DNA of 64,000 bases from Candidatus Iainarchaeum sp. (lineage in GTDB: Archaea > Iainarchaeota > Iainarchaeia > Iainarchaeales > UBA10219), in the NCBI GenBank assembly GCA_018304425.1, contig JAGVWE010000007.1, positions 19,853 to 83,852 on the forward strand. The letters are read 5' to 3'. Positions 19,144-28,463 of this stretch are shown here, one piece after another. Position numbers and translations under genes: made by a program. Numbering within the stretch: position 1 is the first letter of the stretch; each line of letters begins with the position of its first letter. Under the pieces are notes generated by a model. It was not told the DNA's origin, did no database searches, and saw only the letters and a program-made list of their open reading frames with translations.

Positions 19144-19383
19144 TCACCTCGCGAACGTGGCCCGCACGTGCCATTTCAGCAGCCACTCGAAGATTTTTTT
19201 CAGCACCAGCAACCCCACGAACAGGTAAAGCAAGGACGTTACGTCTCCCGTCAGCAAAAAATAGCGCCGGAAGTAATCCGCCCACACCTCGAGCCGGAAC
19301 AGGAACCAGACCACAACGCCCAGGGCCAGCAACACCAGCAACAGCTTTTCCGCCAAATCCAGCCAAGCCAGCAGCCGCCGCAC
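19144..19383 (-). CDS. Small membrane protein
   Basis: Two hydrophobic helices, 79 aa, operon packing. Confidence 0.65.
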   Translation of the reverse strand: MRRLLAWLDLAEKLLLVLLALGVVVWFLFRLEVWADYFRRYFLLTGDVTSLLYLFVGLLVLKKIFEWLLKWHVRATFAR

Positions 19384-19427
19384 GTCAAAGACCCCTTAAA
19401 CTATGGTTTGACGGCTTAATAAACGTT

Positions 19428-21323
19428 TCAGGCGCTGTCATCGCCTTTCCCACTTTCCTGGGTTTTCTGCGCCTTCTGCCGGGCAAACATGTCCCGGATT
19501 TCCTTGGTGGAAGTGGCTTCCTCGGCCTTCTTGTCCGTGCGGAAGGAAACCAGGCGCGGGAATCGCAACGCGTATCCCGGCTTGCCGGCTTCCCGGCCGC
19601 AGGCATGCACCGGGCTGCGCGTGATTTCGTCGGCGCGCACCTCGATGACGTGCACGGGCTCGGTCCACACGTCGGGTTCAAGGCCGGACTCCACGCGCGC
19701 GGGCTTCCGGTTGGCCTTGATTTTCTTCAAGCGCTCCTCCCATTCCGCGAGCTGGGCCTCGCTCAAGCCCGTGCCAATCTTGGCGATGCTTTCAAAGCAA
19801 TCCCTTTCCCCATTGTAGGCGGCGGCCAGCAAGGCCCCCAACCCGAACCGGGTGCGGATGCCCTTCCCCTTGAAGTAACCGATGACCGCCAAATCCACGG
19901 AGTCCTGCAACTCGCCCTTGTAACTGCGCTTCAGTTTTATCCACGCGAACTTCCTCGCACCCGCGATGTACTTCGCGTCCAGGTCCTTTGCGACGATGCC
20001 TTCCAGGCCCTGCTCGATGCACCGCGTGAAGAAAGCGTCCACGGCTTCCGGCTCCTTCGTCACTATCATCGGCGTCACGTCCAGCACCCCGCCCCTTTCC
20101 ACGATTCGCTCCAGGGTTTTCCTGCGCTCCCGGAACGGCAAGGGCATGAGGTTTTTTCCGTCCACCATCATGACGTCAAAGGCGAACAACTTCAGCGGCA
20201 GCTCCTCGGAAGCCCTTTCGATGCCGTGCTTGCGCTTCCGCTGGATGGTCACCTGGAAGGGGAAGAACTCCCCGGTTTCCTCGTTCACCGCCAGGGCCTC
20301 CCCCTCGATGATGGCAGTCCGGGCCTTCAAGTGGGTTTTGACGCCTTCAATGACTTCGGGGAACATGGGTGTTACATTCTCGCTGCGGCGGCTGAAGATG
20401 CTTACCTCGTCTTCCCTCTTGTGCACCTGCAGCCGGAAACCGTCGAACTTTCCCTCCACCATGCATTCCCCGAGCTTTTCCACGATTTCTCCCGCTGAAG
20501 GCAGCCGCTCGGCCAGGGTGGGCCGGATGGGCACGCCAGGCGTCAGCTCCACGGCATCCAGTCCCTTGAGGCCCTTTTCCTTGAGCAACCGCGCGATGTC
20601 CCCCAAATCCGAGTGAATGTTGTACTTTTCCTCGATGCGTTCCCGCAGCAGCTGCCGCACGCGCCGCTCGAACTCCTCTCCCCGCTTTTCCTCTTTTTTT
20701 TCCTTGAGCTCGGCCTCGATTTTTTCGGCGGCCCGCTTCTCCTTTGCCAAAAATTCTTTCGAGTAAACGACGGCCAAGGCGTCCATCAAGGTGGGGTCGC
20801 CGATGCCCAGCCGCATGGCCCCCAACGGAATCCTTGTGACGAATTTGGCTTCCAAGGGAGAGGCGCTGTTCAGGAGCTCGGCCAGCAGCTTGAGCTTCTG
20901 CTCCTGGCTACCGTGGCCCGAGGCCTTCGCGATGCGCAAAAAGTTGTCGTACACCTTTTCGACGGACAGTTTTTCGCGGAAGAGACTTTGCTGCCGCTTT
21001 TTTTCCGCGATTTCCTGGGCCACCAGGCCGAGGTCGCCGAGTTTCTGGAACCGCTTCCCGACTTCCTCCCGCGCGTACCCAGAAGTCATGGCCAGGGCCT
21101 CTTCCACGAGCTTCTCCCCCAAGCCGATGTCATAGCCCTTGAAGCCCGGGGCAATCTGGCCCTGGCACAGGTAAATGACCTTGGAGACAACGGCGGCATC
21201 GGTCTCCCGCTCCCGCAGGAGCCCCCCCAGCAGGGAAGTCATCTCCAGGCGCGAGGCAGCGGCCTCGATTCGCTCCCAGTAACCGGCCAATTTCCCGAAT
21301 TCCATGCCATCATAGGGAGTCAA
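19428..21323 (-). CDS. lig: ATP-dependent DNA ligase
   Basis: EGKFDGFR motif I, EGIVAK, WIKLK, LRFPR. Confidence 0.95.
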   Translation of the reverse strand: MTPYDGMEFGKLAGYWERIEAAASRLEMTSLLGGLLRERETDAAVVSKVIYLCQGQIAPGFKGYDIGLGEKLVEEALAMTSGYAREEVGKRFQKLGDLGLVAQEIAEKKRQQSLFREKLSVEKVYDNFLRIAKASGHGSQEQKLKLLAELLNSASPLEAKFVTRIPLGAMRLGIGDPTLMDALAVVYSKEFLAKEKRAAEKIEAELKEKKEEKRGEEFERRVRQLLRERIEEKYNIHSDLGDIARLLKEKGLKGLDAVELTPGVPIRPTLAERLPSAGEIVEKLGECMVEGKFDGFRLQVHKREDEVSIFSRRSENVTPMFPEVIEGVKTHLKARTAIIEGEALAVNEETGEFFPFQVTIQRKRKHGIERASEELPLKLFAFDVMMVDGKNLMPLPFRERRKTLERIVERGGVLDVTPMIVTKEPEAVDAFFTRCIEQGLEGIVAKDLDAKYIAGARKFAWIKLKRSYKGELQDSVDLAVIGYFKGKGIRTRFGLGALLAAAYNGERDCFESIAKIGTGLSEAQLAEWEERLKKIKANRKPARVESGLEPDVWTEPVHVIEVRADEITRSPVHACGREAGKPGYALRFPRLVSFRTDKKAEEATSTKEIRDMFARQKAQKTQESGKGDDSA

Positions 21324-21419
21324 TGGCCTTAAAACCCTTGTTCCCAGCCTTTCCAGGCCCCCAACAGGGAAATATTTAAATGGCCGAACTCCCTATATTC
21401 TGCCGTTCCAGGGACTTGC

Positions 21420-22066
21420 ATGGCGAAACCAGGTGCATCGGCCGAAGACGGGGGCGGCAGCACTTCCACGGGCATCCAAGAATTGGCACCTTTCTGGGGG
21501 GCGGTTTCCCCAAGGGAGCCGTGGTCCTCGTGGCCGGTTCCTCGGGCAGCGGCAAGACCATTTTCTCGTTCAACTGGCTGTTCGACGGCGCCCGCAAGGG
21601 CGAGAACGGCGTCTACGTCACCTTCACCGAGCCCCTGTTCAAGTCCGTGAAAAACCTGGAAGTCATGGACTTCTACGACCGCAAGCTCATCGAAGACGAG
21701 ACCATCAAGATCCTGGACATCCGCGACCTCTACGCCGAGCAAGGCTTCGACGCCCAGCGCATCCTGGACACCGTGGAACGGCAGGTCAAGGAAACCAACG
21801 CCAAACGCCTCTGCATCGATTCCGTGACCGCGATCGCCTACAACCTGGACGACAAGGCGAAGACCCGGAAATTCATTTTCGTGGACTCGCTGTCCACGAT
21901 GCTGATTTACAACCGGCCGGACGTCTTCGCGCGGTTCATCCACAGCGTGCTCGTGAAAATCCGGCTGAACTCCATCAGCGGCCTGCTGTTGTTCATTGAA
22001 ACGCAGGCGGACCGGGAAGTCCGCGCCGAAATCGCACAGTTGTGCGACAAGGTCCTGCGGGTCTAG
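21420..22066 (+). pseudogene. RAD55/KaiC-like ATPase, frameshifted and internally deleted
   Basis: MAKP...STGIQEL (frame of 21420) continues in another frame as FLGGGFPKG...GSSGSGKT; two Walker-B-like segments (CIDSVT, FVDSLST) abut. Confidence 0.65.
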
Positions 22067-22072
22067 GGGCTT

Positions 22073-22465
22073 TCACCAGCCGTCTGTTTTGAGGTTTTTC
22101 ACGCGGTCGAAATGTTTGCGGTTGTTGGTGACCAAGATGGCCTCATGGCATACTGCGATGGCCGCAATCATGAGGTCCAGTACTTCGAGGCGGTTCCCCT
22201 TGCGGATGAATTCTGCGTCGAGTAGGGCGACCTGTTCGGCGGCATCAACTTCGAAGGGAAGCGGTTGTAGCGAGGCCAGGAATTTCCTCGCAAGGTCGAG
22301 GCTGGCAGGCGTGCCATACAGCCGCTCTCCAACCAGCACTTCGTATATGTTGATGCAGGTAGTGGCGATTTCCTTGTCCTGCTCCGGTAGTTGCCGTAAT
22401 TTTGCGGTCGCAGCCTCTTTTCCGCGAAGATAGGCGATGATGCAATCGGAGTCAAGGATTATCAT
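22073..22465 (-). CDS. vapC: VapC/PIN toxin
   Basis: IILDSD, DLMIAAIA, VTNNRKHF. Confidence 0.9.
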   Translation of the reverse strand: MIILDSDCIIAYLRGKEAATAKLRQLPEQDKEIATTCINIYEVLVGERLYGTPASLDLARKFLASLQPLPFEVDAAEQVALLDAEFIRKGNRLEVLDLMIAAIAVCHEAILVTNNRKHFDRVKNLKTDGW

Positions 22466-22706
22466 GCATTCTCGCCTGTCGTTTCCAGAATGATGCCGTC
22501 GAGTCTTTCCTCAGTCGCCTGTACAAGGCCAGCCGCTTTTCGGCTTCCTCATCGGTCATCGGGATGCTGCCGAAATACTTCATGAGGTCGGGTTGTTCCT
22601 TTTCCGCCAGCCGCTCGAGCAGGTCGCTGAAGCTCTCGCCTTCGTGCTTGGCCCTGATGAGCTTCTCATAGACCTTGCCCTTGATGGTAAGGGTTTTGAA
22701 GACCAT
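22452..22706 (-). CDS. vapB: VapB-family antitoxin
   Basis: KTLTIKGKVYEKL...ESFSDLLERL; overlaps toxin start. Confidence 0.85.
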   Translation of the reverse strand: MVFKTLTIKGKVYEKLIRAKHEGESFSDLLERLAEKEQPDLMKYFGSIPMTDEEAEKRLALYRRLRKDSTASFWKRQARMHDNP

Positions 22707-22708
22707 GC

Positions 22709-22728
22709 TATGTTTAAGGTTAAACATA
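22709..22728. promoter_or_regulatory. Putative antitoxin operator palindrome
   Basis: Perfect inverted repeat TATGTTTAA-GG-TTAAACATA directly upstream of the vapB ATG. Confidence 0.55.
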
Positions 22729-22840
22729 TATTTAATCCTTGCTTCCATCCTTTTAAGCAACAAACTATTTTTAAGGCAATTGTCGTAATATTGGTGTGTT
22801 CGGAGAGTAGATTAATATAGCCATAAAGCAATATAGCTAT

Positions 22841-23089
22841 ATGGCTACAACTACGTTGCGGGTGCAACTGCCGGAGGAAAAAGCCAGAAAGGTGCGGGAG
22901 CAAGCCATGAAACGCTTCGGTTATTCGAAAGGGGCCATCAGCAAGGCGCTCAATGTGGCCTTGGATGAATGGTTGGGGAAGGCGAAACCAGCCAAACCGC
23001 CTATCACGGCCAAGGACTTGTTAGGGCGGCTGAGTGGCGTAAAGGAGTCCTCCGTGGAACTCCAGCACAAGGCTCGTGACTATTGGTAG
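22841..23089 (+). CDS. Ribbon-helix-helix antitoxin
   Basis: TTLRVQL...GAISKALNVALDEW, C-terminal SVELQH; precedes PIN gene. Confidence 0.8.
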   Translation: MATTTLRVQLPEEKARKVREQAMKRFGYSKGAISKALNVALDEWLGKAKPAKPPITAKDLLGRLSGVKESSVELQHKARDYW

Positions 23090-23097
23090 GCTGTGCC

Positions 23098-23502
23098 ATG
23101 TATTTGCTGGACACCAACATTTTTTTGGAAATCCTCCTCGATGGCGCACGCGCCACCGAATGCCTGCGCCTGCTCTCCCTTTTGCAGGGCGAACGGCTGT
23201 CTGCGGTTGTTTCGAAGTTCGCGGTTTATTCGATTTGCCTGATTCTTTTCAGGAAAAAACAACCCGATCTGGCCCGGGATTTCCTGGCCTATCTGGATTC
23301 CCTTCCAACCCTGCAAATCCATGGGACCTCCCTTGAGGAGGATGCCGAAGCCTTCGCCAGCGCGGAGAAATTTGGCCTTGACTTTGACGACGGCCTGCAG
23401 TTTACGGTTGCCAAGCGCTTGAGCGTGGAAGCCATCGTCTCCTTTGACCGGGACTTCGACAAGACCCCCTTGAAGCGCCTGGAGCCAAGTCAAATCCTTT
23501 GA
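23098..23502 (+). CDS. vapC: PIN-domain toxin
   Basis: YLLDTNIFLE, LDFDDGLQ, SFDRDFD. Confidence 0.9.
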   Translation: MYLLDTNIFLEILLDGARATECLRLLSLLQGERLSAVVSKFAVYSICLILFRKKQPDLARDFLAYLDSLPTLQIHGTSLEEDAEAFASAEKFGLDFDDGLQFTVAKRLSVEAIVSFDRDFDKTPLKRLEPSQIL

Positions 23503-23516
23503 CGAGAACCGCTGTT

Positions 23517-23681
23517 TCACTCGGCTTCCGTTTCCTGTCGTCTGACCCGAAGGAAGATGCCCGCCGCAATCAGGGCCGCGAGCGCCATCGTGAGTTCGTC
23601 GTACTCGGGGATGACGTTGAGGGTGTTGCGGCTGCCGAAGGCGCTGGTCGTGGTTGGACGGGAAAACCGCTCGTTTCCCAT
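23517..23681 (-). repeat. Orphan PEF-CTERM tail copy C (54-aa ORF)
   Basis: MGNERFSRPTTTSAFGSRNTLNVIPEYDELTMALAALIAAGIFLRVRRQETEAE*; 40-bp core at 23596-23635. Confidence 0.85.
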
Positions 23682-24100
23682 ATCGTCAGTAAAACATTTG
23701 GCGGTGAAATATGACAGTCGAATATTCTGTTGAGCCCTGGTACGCGCTTGAAATGCCTGGCGTTCCCGGTCAACAGGGTTTCCCGGGCTTGGAGGGCAAT
23801 GGCCGCAATCATGCAGTCCTGTGGTTCGATGGGTTGGCCGGTTTGCCAGAGTCCTTGCTGGATTTCGCCTGCCTCGTTTGCGGCTTGGGCATCCAATGGC
23901 AGGGCAGGCAGGGAGGAAAAGAGTTCGCGGACGCGTTGCCTTTCTTCTTTTCCGGCGCGGTGGAGGCTTTGAATGACTTCAAACACGGTGATAGCCGTCG
24001 TCAGCAACGGTTCGCCTTTTCGCTTCAACTCCTCCGCCTTGGCGGCCGCACCCTTTTCTCCCCTGATAAGGTCAATGACGTAGCTGGTGTCAAGAATCAT
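23570..24100 (-). CDS. vapC: VapC/PIN toxin, cassette copy 1, C-terminus reads through into the tail repeat
   Basis: ILDTSYVIDL, DCMIAAIA, LLTGNARHF; no stop at the usual position. Confidence 0.8.
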   Translation of the reverse strand: MILDTSYVIDLIRGEKGAAAKAEELKRKGEPLLTTAITVFEVIQSLHRAGKEERQRVRELFSSLPALPLDAQAANEAGEIQQGLWQTGQPIEPQDCMIAAIALQARETLLTGNARHFKRVPGLNRIFDCHISPPNVLLTIWETSGFPVQPRPAPSAAATPSTSSPSTTNSRWRSRP

Positions 24101-24333
24101 GGACGGAAGCCTTCCATGAGGGCGCGACTCCGCGCCAGGCCGGTGGCTCTCGACGCTTGCACGGCTTCCTCCACCGTTGCCGTGGTCTTCTTGGACAGTA
24201 TGCCCGCGAATTTCGTCAAATCCGTTTTGTTGGTGAGCCTGCAAATCACTTGGCTGAAGCTCTCCCGCGCTTTTTTGCTGGAGGCCAGGCGCTTATAGGC
24301 GTCCACCGTAATCGAAATCGTTTTCGTTGCCAA
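24097..24333 (-). CDS. vapB: VapB-family antitoxin, cassette copy 1
   Basis: TTG start; TKTISITVDAYKRL...ESFSQVI. Confidence 0.85.
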   Translation of the reverse strand: MATKTISITVDAYKRLASSKKARESFSQVICRLTNKTDLTKFAGILSKKTTATVEEAVQASRATGLARSRALMEGFRP

Positions 24334-24340
24334 TCTCCCA

Positions 24341-24373
24341 CCTACACATACATACACATACGTGTATTTAAGG
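24341..24373. promoter_or_regulatory. vapBC promoter/operator, repeated at 26716-26748
   Basis: CCTACACATACATACACATACGTGTATTTAAGG identical in both cassettes; tandem ACATAC units plus TATA-like TTAAATA on the minus strand. Confidence 0.6.
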
Positions 24374-24409
24374 CTTTGGCTGGAAAAGTGGTCGCCCTCG
24401 TTTATGCCA

Positions 24410-24516
24410 TTAAACGGTTTTCCCGCGTTCCATGCGCCTAATCCATCCGAAGGCGAGCGCGGCCAGTAGTACGGTCAAGGCCAGCGTGTAGTCCTCGTAT
24501 TCTGGGTTCACCTCGG
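24410..24516 (-). repeat. Orphan PEF-CTERM tail copy D (degenerate)
   Basis: Translates EVNPEYEDYTLALTVLLAALAFGWIRRMERGKTV*; begins right after the AbiEii stop. Confidence 0.75.
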
Positions 24517-25296
24517 TTAATGCTTTTTCAGCCCATTTTTTTGAATCCGTTCTTCAATTTCTTTTTTCACTTGGGGAAAGGAAGGCAGCGGGCCGCCAAC
24601 CAGCCCACCCAAGTCCCGTTCCCAACTGCCTTTTTTTTCGTCCACTTTGGCCCAGAAACCGTCTGGCGTGAACCGGAGCCCGGCATGCGCCATTTTCCTG
24701 CTTATGAGCCCCGGTTCGGCGGGCACGCCTCTTCGTTTCAGCAGGTGCCAGAGGTCGTAGACGTCCCTGGCCTTGTTTCTTTCATGGATTGCCCTGATTT
24801 TTTCGGCAAGGATTTCTTTTTCGTCCATGGCAAACAGATTGAATGGCCGGATCTCCCGATAAATCGGGGCATACGGAAACGTTTGAACGGGCAGCAGCAC
24901 GCGTTCCCTCAAGCTGATGTTGACGGCAAGGGAGGTTAGGCTTTCCTTGCTGCCGTCGTAAAGCGGCCCCCTTGCCTGCACGTAAACGTTTGTGCTCCTT
25001 TCAAACGCTTCCACGGTTGCCTTCGCCTTTACGTCCAGCAAGCTGAAAAGGCCGGGTAACCGCGTAAAGAAATTTTTTGGCTTGAAGCCTTTTCCAGCCG
25101 TGAAGTCGAGGTCTTCGCTGAAACGGTCCAACTTGTACGCCTTGTATAGGCAGGTTCCGCCTTTAAAGACGAGCTTGCTCCCGAACTCCCGGTAAATGTT
25201 TATCAAGGCCAGGTCCTGCAGGTAATCCAATTCCGTGAGCCGGAGGCTGAGGCCCTTGAATTTTGCGACGGCCTGCAGTTCTTCACGCTTGAGCAT
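24517..25296 (-). CDS. AbiEii/AbiGii nucleotidyltransferase toxin (type IV TA)
   Basis: FKGGTCL, RFSEDLDF, AEKIRA, ARDVYD. Confidence 0.9.
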   Translation of the reverse strand: MLKREELQAVAKFKGLSLRLTELDYLQDLALINIYREFGSKLVFKGGTCLYKAYKLDRFSEDLDFTAGKGFKPKNFFTRLPGLFSLLDVKAKATVEAFERSTNVYVQARGPLYDGSKESLTSLAVNISLRERVLLPVQTFPYAPIYREIRPFNLFAMDEKEILAEKIRAIHERNKARDVYDLWHLLKRRGVPAEPGLISRKMAHAGLRFTPDGFWAKVDEKKGSWERDLGGLVGGPLPSFPQVKKEIEERIQKNGLKKH

Positions 25297-25870
25297 GCAG
25301 CGCCTCCCGCAATTTTTTGGCCCAGCCCCTCGCCTTTTTCGCGTGAAGCAAAAGCCTGTCCCTGTTGATTTTCCGCTTGTTGTTTTTTATGATGTCCACG
25401 GCCTCGGCCAAAGACATTTTCCTGGTCGCCAAGGCGTCCACGATTGCTTTTTCTTTCTCGGCCAAGAAGATTTCCCGGCCCTGGTAGGTCGTCCGCTGGA
25501 AGCCGGTGAAGGCGGTTTCCTTGATTTTGATGAATTCAATCCGGGCGTTCCCATAGGAAACGATTTTTTTCTTCCTCTTCCGGGTCGTGATTACATGGAT
25601 GGTGAACGGCAGTTGCTCCGTCAATTTATGGTAGTTTAACGCCGCCCAGCACGAGATATAACTTGGCCAGACGATCCATGACGCCACGAGGAATGAATCC
25701 GTTTCCAGCGTGTACTTGCCCTTCTCGATTTCGTGGAGGACGCCCGCCTTTTTCAGCCGGTGTGCGACGAGGTACGCGTAATCAATGCCTTTATGGAGCG
25801 TGTCGGCGAGGTCCCTGGCCGTAAAAACCGGGTACGGCTTTAATGCCTCCAGCTCCTTCTTTTTTATCAT
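25283..25870 (-). CDS. AbiEi-type antitoxin / regulator
   Basis: HTH N-terminus, PSYISCWAALNYH, EKAIVD. Confidence 0.85.
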   Translation of the reverse strand: MIKKKELEALKPYPVFTARDLADTLHKGIDYAYLVAHRLKKAGVLHEIEKGKYTLETDSFLVASWIVWPSYISCWAALNYHKLTEQLPFTIHVITTRKRKKKIVSYGNARIEFIKIKETAFTGFQRTTYQGREIFLAEKEKAIVDALATRKMSLAEAVDIIKNNKRKINRDRLLLHAKKARGWAKKLREALHAQA

Positions 25871-25898
25871 TCCACCAACCTTATCAAAACTGATATGA

Positions 25899-26474
25899 TT
25901 AGCCGCCCAACAATTTATAAGGCTTTTCGCTGGTGTTGCCGCCTAATCCCTGCAAACGCCATGGCCGCCAGGATAACGGCCAGCGCCATCGTGAGTTCGT
26001 CGTATTCGGGGATGACGTTGAGCGTGTTGTGGCTGCCGAAGGCGCTGGTCGTGGTTGGACGGGAAAACCGCTCGTTTCCCATATCGTCAGTAAAACATTT
26101 GGCGGTGAAATATGACAGTCGAATATTCTCTTGGCGTTCCTGGTCAACAGGATTTCACGGGCTTGAAGGGCAATGGCCGCAATCATGCAGTCTTGTGGTT
26201 CGATGGGTTGGCCGCTTTGCCAGAGCCCTTGCTGGATTTCGCCTGCCTCATTCGCGGCTTGGGCATCCAATGGCAGGGCGGGCAGCGAGGAAAAAAGTTC
26301 TTGGACGCGTTGTTTTTCTTCTTTTCGGGCACGGTGCAGGCTTTGAACTACTTCGAACACCGTGACGGCCGTCGTCAGCAACGGTTCGCCTTTCTTCTTC
26401 AATTCCTCGGCTTTGGTGACCGCACCCTTTTCCCCCCGAATCAGGTCAATGACATAGGTGGTGTCAAGAATCAT
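25899..26474 (-). CDS. vapC: VapC/PIN toxin, cassette copy 2 (27 nt shorter near its end; possibly inactive)
   Basis: Paralogue of 23570-24100; lacks the HFKRVPGLN segment; reads through the tail repeat. Confidence 0.7.
   Translation of the reverse strand: MILDTTYVIDLIRGEKGAVTKAEELKKKGEPLLTTAVTVFEVVQSLHRARKEEKQRVQELFSSLPALPLDAQAANEAGEIQQGLWQSGQPIEPQDCMIAAIALQAREILLTRNAKRIFDCHISPPNVLLTIWETSGFPVQPRPAPSAATTRSTSSPNTTNSRWRWPLSWRPWRLQGLGGNTSEKPYKLLGG
25915..26082 (-). repeat. Orphan PEF-CTERM tail copy B (55-aa ORF)
   Basis: MGNERFSRPTTTSAFGSHNTLNVIPEYDELTMALAVILAAMAFAGIRRQHQRKAL*; core at 25997-26036. Confidence 0.85.
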
Positions 26475-26707
26475 TGTTGGAGGCCTTCCATTAGGGCGCG
26501 ACTGCGTGCCAGGCCGGCAGCCCTTGACGCTTGCACGGCCTTTTCCATGGTGGCCGCGGTTTTCTTGGACAAGATGCCCGCGAATTTCGTCAAATCCGTT
26601 TTGTTGGTGAGCCTGCAAATGACTTGGCTGAAGCTTTCCCGTTCCATTTTACTAGAAGCCAGGCGCTTGTAGGCGTCCACCGTAATCGAAATGGTTTTCG
26701 TCGCCAA
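26471..26707 (-). CDS. vapB: VapB-family antitoxin, cassette copy 2
   Basis: Near-identical to 24097-24333. Confidence 0.85.
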   Translation of the reverse strand: MATKTISITVDAYKRLASSKMERESFSQVICRLTNKTDLTKFAGILSKKTAATMEKAVQASRAAGLARSRALMEGLQQ

Positions 26708-26798
26708 AGCTATCACCTACACATACATACACATACGTGTATTTAAGGATTTGGTTGAAACCGCCTTCTCTGCCCAGTCTGCCCGGTTTGCCCAGGCC

Positions 26799-27044
26799 TC
26801 ACCGGTCTTTCCCGCGTTCCCTGCGCCGGATGTGCGCGAACGCCATCGCCACCAGGGCCACGGCTAGCAGCAGGGTTAGGTCATCGTACTCGGGGATGAC
26901 GTTGAGGGTGTTGGGGCTGCAGGCGCTCGTCGTGGTGTAGAGGTCGTCGGCCACCACGCGGATGTAATAGTCGCCGCTGGTGATGTCGCAGTTCCAGGCG
27001 TACACGCAGTTGATGTCTTGAGGTCGCAGACGGGTGGAGACCAT
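26799..27044 (-). repeat. Orphan PEF-CTERM tail copy A (81-aa ORF, diverged paralogue of the surface-protein C-terminus)
   Basis: CVYAWNCDITSGDYYIRVVADD...ACSPNTLNVIPEYDDLTLLL...RRRERGKDR aligns with the last ~70 aa of 28464-32276; core at 26881-26920. Confidence 0.9.
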
Positions 27045-28420
27045 CAGCCGAATGTTTCTTCAAGATCCTTCAAGTCATAGAGGTCGGCGTTTTTTTCGTC
27101 GATCTTTTTTTCCTTGAATGATTTCGCGAATAGGCAATACCGTTCCGTTCTGTGCTCTTTGAACCAGCTTACTTTTTCCGCTTTTTGTTTGAGTTTTCGC
27201 AGCAGGCTCTCGGCATCGACTTTTTCTTTCCACTTGCATTCGCAGAAGAGTGCGCTTTTTTTTGCCTTGCTAAGGCCCACGATGTCTATTTCTTCGCCTT
27301 TATCCCACCAGCTGCCGATGAGGTAGTCCTTGAAGGCGGCATTTTTGGACAGCCGGTCTCGGCACACCTCTTCGAACCCTTTGCCGATGAAGGCGTTCAG
27401 TTCGGGCTCTATTTTCTCGTTTAAGAGGTTTTTCTGCTTGCGTTGTTCTACGTAATCCATGTTTTCAAACACGAAGCGGAACCAGAAGCGGAAGAAAGGG
27501 TCTTTCAGTTTGTAGATGCCTTTCCTCGATTTTTCCTTTCGCTCAGTAATGGGCACGGCACGCTCGACGAGGTCAAGGTCAATCAATACGCCAAGGTATT
27601 TGTTTACGGTGCCTTTTTCCAGGCCCGTGTCGTTGACGATGCGCCCGATGCCGGTGTTGCCCTTTGCGATGGCGGCCACGATGGAAAAATAGTTTCTCGG
27701 CTCGTCCAGTTCCTCCCGCAGCACGAACATCGGGTCCCGGAACAGGAAGGACTGCTTTTCCAGGATTTTTTCCCCGATATTGGAAACCAGCGTTTTCGTG
27801 TAATCAAATTCAAGCAGGTAGGCAGGGGTGCCACCGAGCACCGCGTAGTAACTGATTTGTTTTTTGATGTCCATCGTTTTCGGGAAGAAATGGCGGGCTT
27901 CGCTGAAATCAAGGGGGTCAAGCTTCATTTGATGTGTTCGCCTCCCGTAGAGGGGACTCTTATAGCCGAGGAGTTTTTCCATCATGGAGACGCTGGAGCC
28001 GCATAAGACGAAGAGGCAGGGCATGTGTTGGAGTGCCTTATCCCAGTGGTCTTGCAGAATGGAGGGCAGCGAGGGGTTAGCTTGTACGAAGTAAGGGAAC
28101 TCGTCCAGGAATACGGCGAACGGTTTTTGCTTCAGTTTTTCGGCGAAGTAGGAGAAAACGGAGTCGAAGTTGCCAAAGGGCCTTGAATTCAGTTGTTCAT
28201 CGTTGAAAAACTCGGCGCAGGCCCTGCTGATATGCTCCAATTGCTTGTGTTCGGATTCCTGCCGGCCCAGCAGGTAAACAGCGGGATGATTTTTTGTGAA
28301 TTCCCTTAGTAACTCGGTTTTGCCGATTCTACGTCTGCCGTATACTACGGCTAGCACTGGCTTTTTTGCCGACCAAAGCGTTTCAAGCAACTGTAGTTCC
28401 TTCACCCGGTTGTAAAACAT
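27044..28420 (-). CDS. Archaeal ATPase (DUF234-type) with C-terminal PD-(D/E)XK-like domain
   Basis: FYNRVKEL, YGRRRIGKT, FLDEFPY, GGTPAYL, DPFFRFWF, EIDIV...ECKW. Confidence 0.9.
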   Translation of the reverse strand: MFYNRVKELQLLETLWSAKKPVLAVVYGRRRIGKTELLREFTKNHPAVYLLGRQESEHKQLEHISRACAEFFNDEQLNSRPFGNFDSVFSYFAEKLKQKPFAVFLDEFPYFVQANPSLPSILQDHWDKALQHMPCLFVLCGSSVSMMEKLLGYKSPLYGRRTHQMKLDPLDFSEARHFFPKTMDIKKQISYYAVLGGTPAYLLEFDYTKTLVSNIGEKILEKQSFLFRDPMFVLREELDEPRNYFSIVAAIAKGNTGIGRIVNDTGLEKGTVNKYLGVLIDLDLVERAVPITERKEKSRKGIYKLKDPFFRFWFRFVFENMDYVEQRKQKNLLNEKIEPELNAFIGKGFEEVCRDRLSKNAAFKDYLIGSWWDKGEEIDIVGLSKAKKSALFCECKWKEKVDAESLLRKLKQKAEKVSWFKEHRTERYCLFAKSFKEKKIDEKNADLYDLKDLEETFG

Positions 28421-28463
28421 AGTAAACTCTAAAGTATACTACTTATGAGAATACTATTTAAAC

